From Basidiobolus meristosporus CBS 931.73 (Eukaryota; Fungi; Basidiobolomycota), in assembly GCA_002104905.1 (NCBI GenBank), contig MCFE01000117.1:62001-126000 (forward strand): a stretch of 64,000 bases of DNA, written 5' to 3'. A program made the position numbers and the translations under genes. Of this stretch, positions 62,496 to 64,000 are shown piece after piece. A model generated the notes under the pieces. That model searched no databases, was not told where the DNA came from, and saw only the letters and a program-made list of their open reading frames with translations. Within the stretch, counting starts at the first letter, position 1. Each line of letters starts with the position of its first letter.

Positions 62496-64000
62496 ATGTA
62501 TCTTTACACAAGCCTTATGCGATGTATAGTCAGTATCTTGAATTTTTCGAGGTCGCCTATTTTGGGGCATAGTGGGTCAAAACCCTGGATTTTCCAGGTC
62601 CGATGCCTTGACCTTGAAAGTGGTAGTTTATACTACGTTGCTTTAGTCTAATATTGATCGACTGAAAAATGCTACAGTGCTTGCAGCTCACGATGGTGGC
62701 CTTGAATAGTCGTTCCGTTACCACGCCCAAGTTTTCATGTTGACGGCGACATGGCGTGTCAAACATAGAAAGCAATTTCTTACCTTTACTCTTGTTGTTA
62801 GAAACACAACGGTGATTGGTGGATTGAAGTCTGACATTGTTAACAAAAGAAGCAATCTTAGAACAATCTCGATGTTGAGCGAAAAAGGACCATTCTTCAC
62901 TACATCAACGTTGCTTAGCTGCTTTCCACTTTCTATCAATCAAGTCTTACTTTCCTCAGGAAAACCTAAATCAATTCCGTGAGCCTTCCTAGGTCTATGT
63001 TTCTATAGTATATCGGCGCTCTACGTAATGTATGTAGAACCAACAATATGGCTCAATTCGCAACAACAGTCAGCTTGAAGAGCCAGGAGTTGATTACCGA
63101 TTTACGTTCAATTGTGTGGCGTTCATTTCATTGTTCAAAGGAAGTGTAAAAATAAGTTGTATAAACGACGAGTATCAAGGATCCAACTAGTAGTATCAGA
63201 TTAAATGAAATCGTGATTCAGAATACGGAACACAAATTCGAAGAACTGGTTCGAAATCTGTCAAATAACGAAACTATGATATGTGATTGACGATGCGACT
63301 CCCATGCAAAACGACGCAAATTAGATGCAGCCTTAAAACTCAATCTCATATTTTCACGGTAGGTCAGCGGCTTTCGAGGTTAAGGGAAGCTTTATTTTAT
63401 TGTTTATCAGGCTAATTTCAATCGGAGTATGTACTTCGCTAACGCCAAATTTACTCATGCTTGATAGGCTTACAACTTTAGAAAAATGACCTTTCTACAC
63501 AACTTGTTGTCAATAATCAGGAGACTGCACTTGACGTCCGTGTTGTTTTTCAATGAGTTGTTACTGTTGAATGCCATGTAGCAATACACTGATATCTCTC
63601 AATCTGTGCTGTTCTAGTTGTGTGTGTTGGCGCACTTGTTTAGCACCTGTGACATGTGATACTATGCCTACATGCGGACGCTATAGGCATACATTCGCCG
63701 CAACGCGGTCGACAACCTCTATCCCACTTTGTCCGACACCTTCATAAAGCATCGCCGTTCGAAGACTCTGCACTACATGTAGACATTCCGTAGATGTTAC
63801 ACCTTCATGGGACCACTGCCTTTGACATGCACCTTTATTGTACAGCGGTAGACCATAGGCCAACATGAAGTGCGCACCGACAGTGCGGTGCATAGATGCA
63901 TTCAGCGTATCACAGCACCGGTTTGGTACCATTGAGCCACTACACGTCAGGATCAACACATTCACAACAGACACCATCGCTTGGCTCAGTCGCTGGTTGT

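Noticed and set aside
62557-62982. Short ORFs upstream of the Sel1 gene
   Set aside because: No motifs; more likely 5' UTR or promoter sequence

Overview
Eukaryotic DNA from an intron-rich fungus (short ~55-75 nt GT-AG introns; probably an early-diverging lineage, species not determined). The window has two sharply different halves. Positions 1 to ~47,750 are a gene-free block of nested, decayed transposons that is strongly CpG-depleted. It holds seven copies of one compact Ty3/Gypsy family (Family 1, ~368-bp LTRs, 4-bp TSD), a second Gypsy family with a tRNA-His-type PBS, and a ~1.1-kb solo-LTR-like insert. It also holds several Ty1/Copia relics, CACTA/EnSpm-like transposase relics and a 211-bp MITE. 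Positions ~47,750-64,000 are CpG-rich and gene-dense: a RING/TRAF zinc-finger gene, ELF1, a truncated RAC1, an intron-retaining RPS9 pseudogene, a serine palmitoyltransferase small subunit, KU70 (19 exons), a STE50-like gene and a Sel1-repeat protein ending in a CaaX box. The best leads are the candidate centromeric/heterochromatic block with its abrupt CpG boundary, the uneven CpG erosion inside one Gypsy element, two separately inserted copies sharing the same inactivating lesions, and a decamer-array MITE. A hairpin-forming inverted repeat also sits at the boundary. All calls are by manual reading and translation; no database searches were run, and coordinates of degenerate features are approximate.
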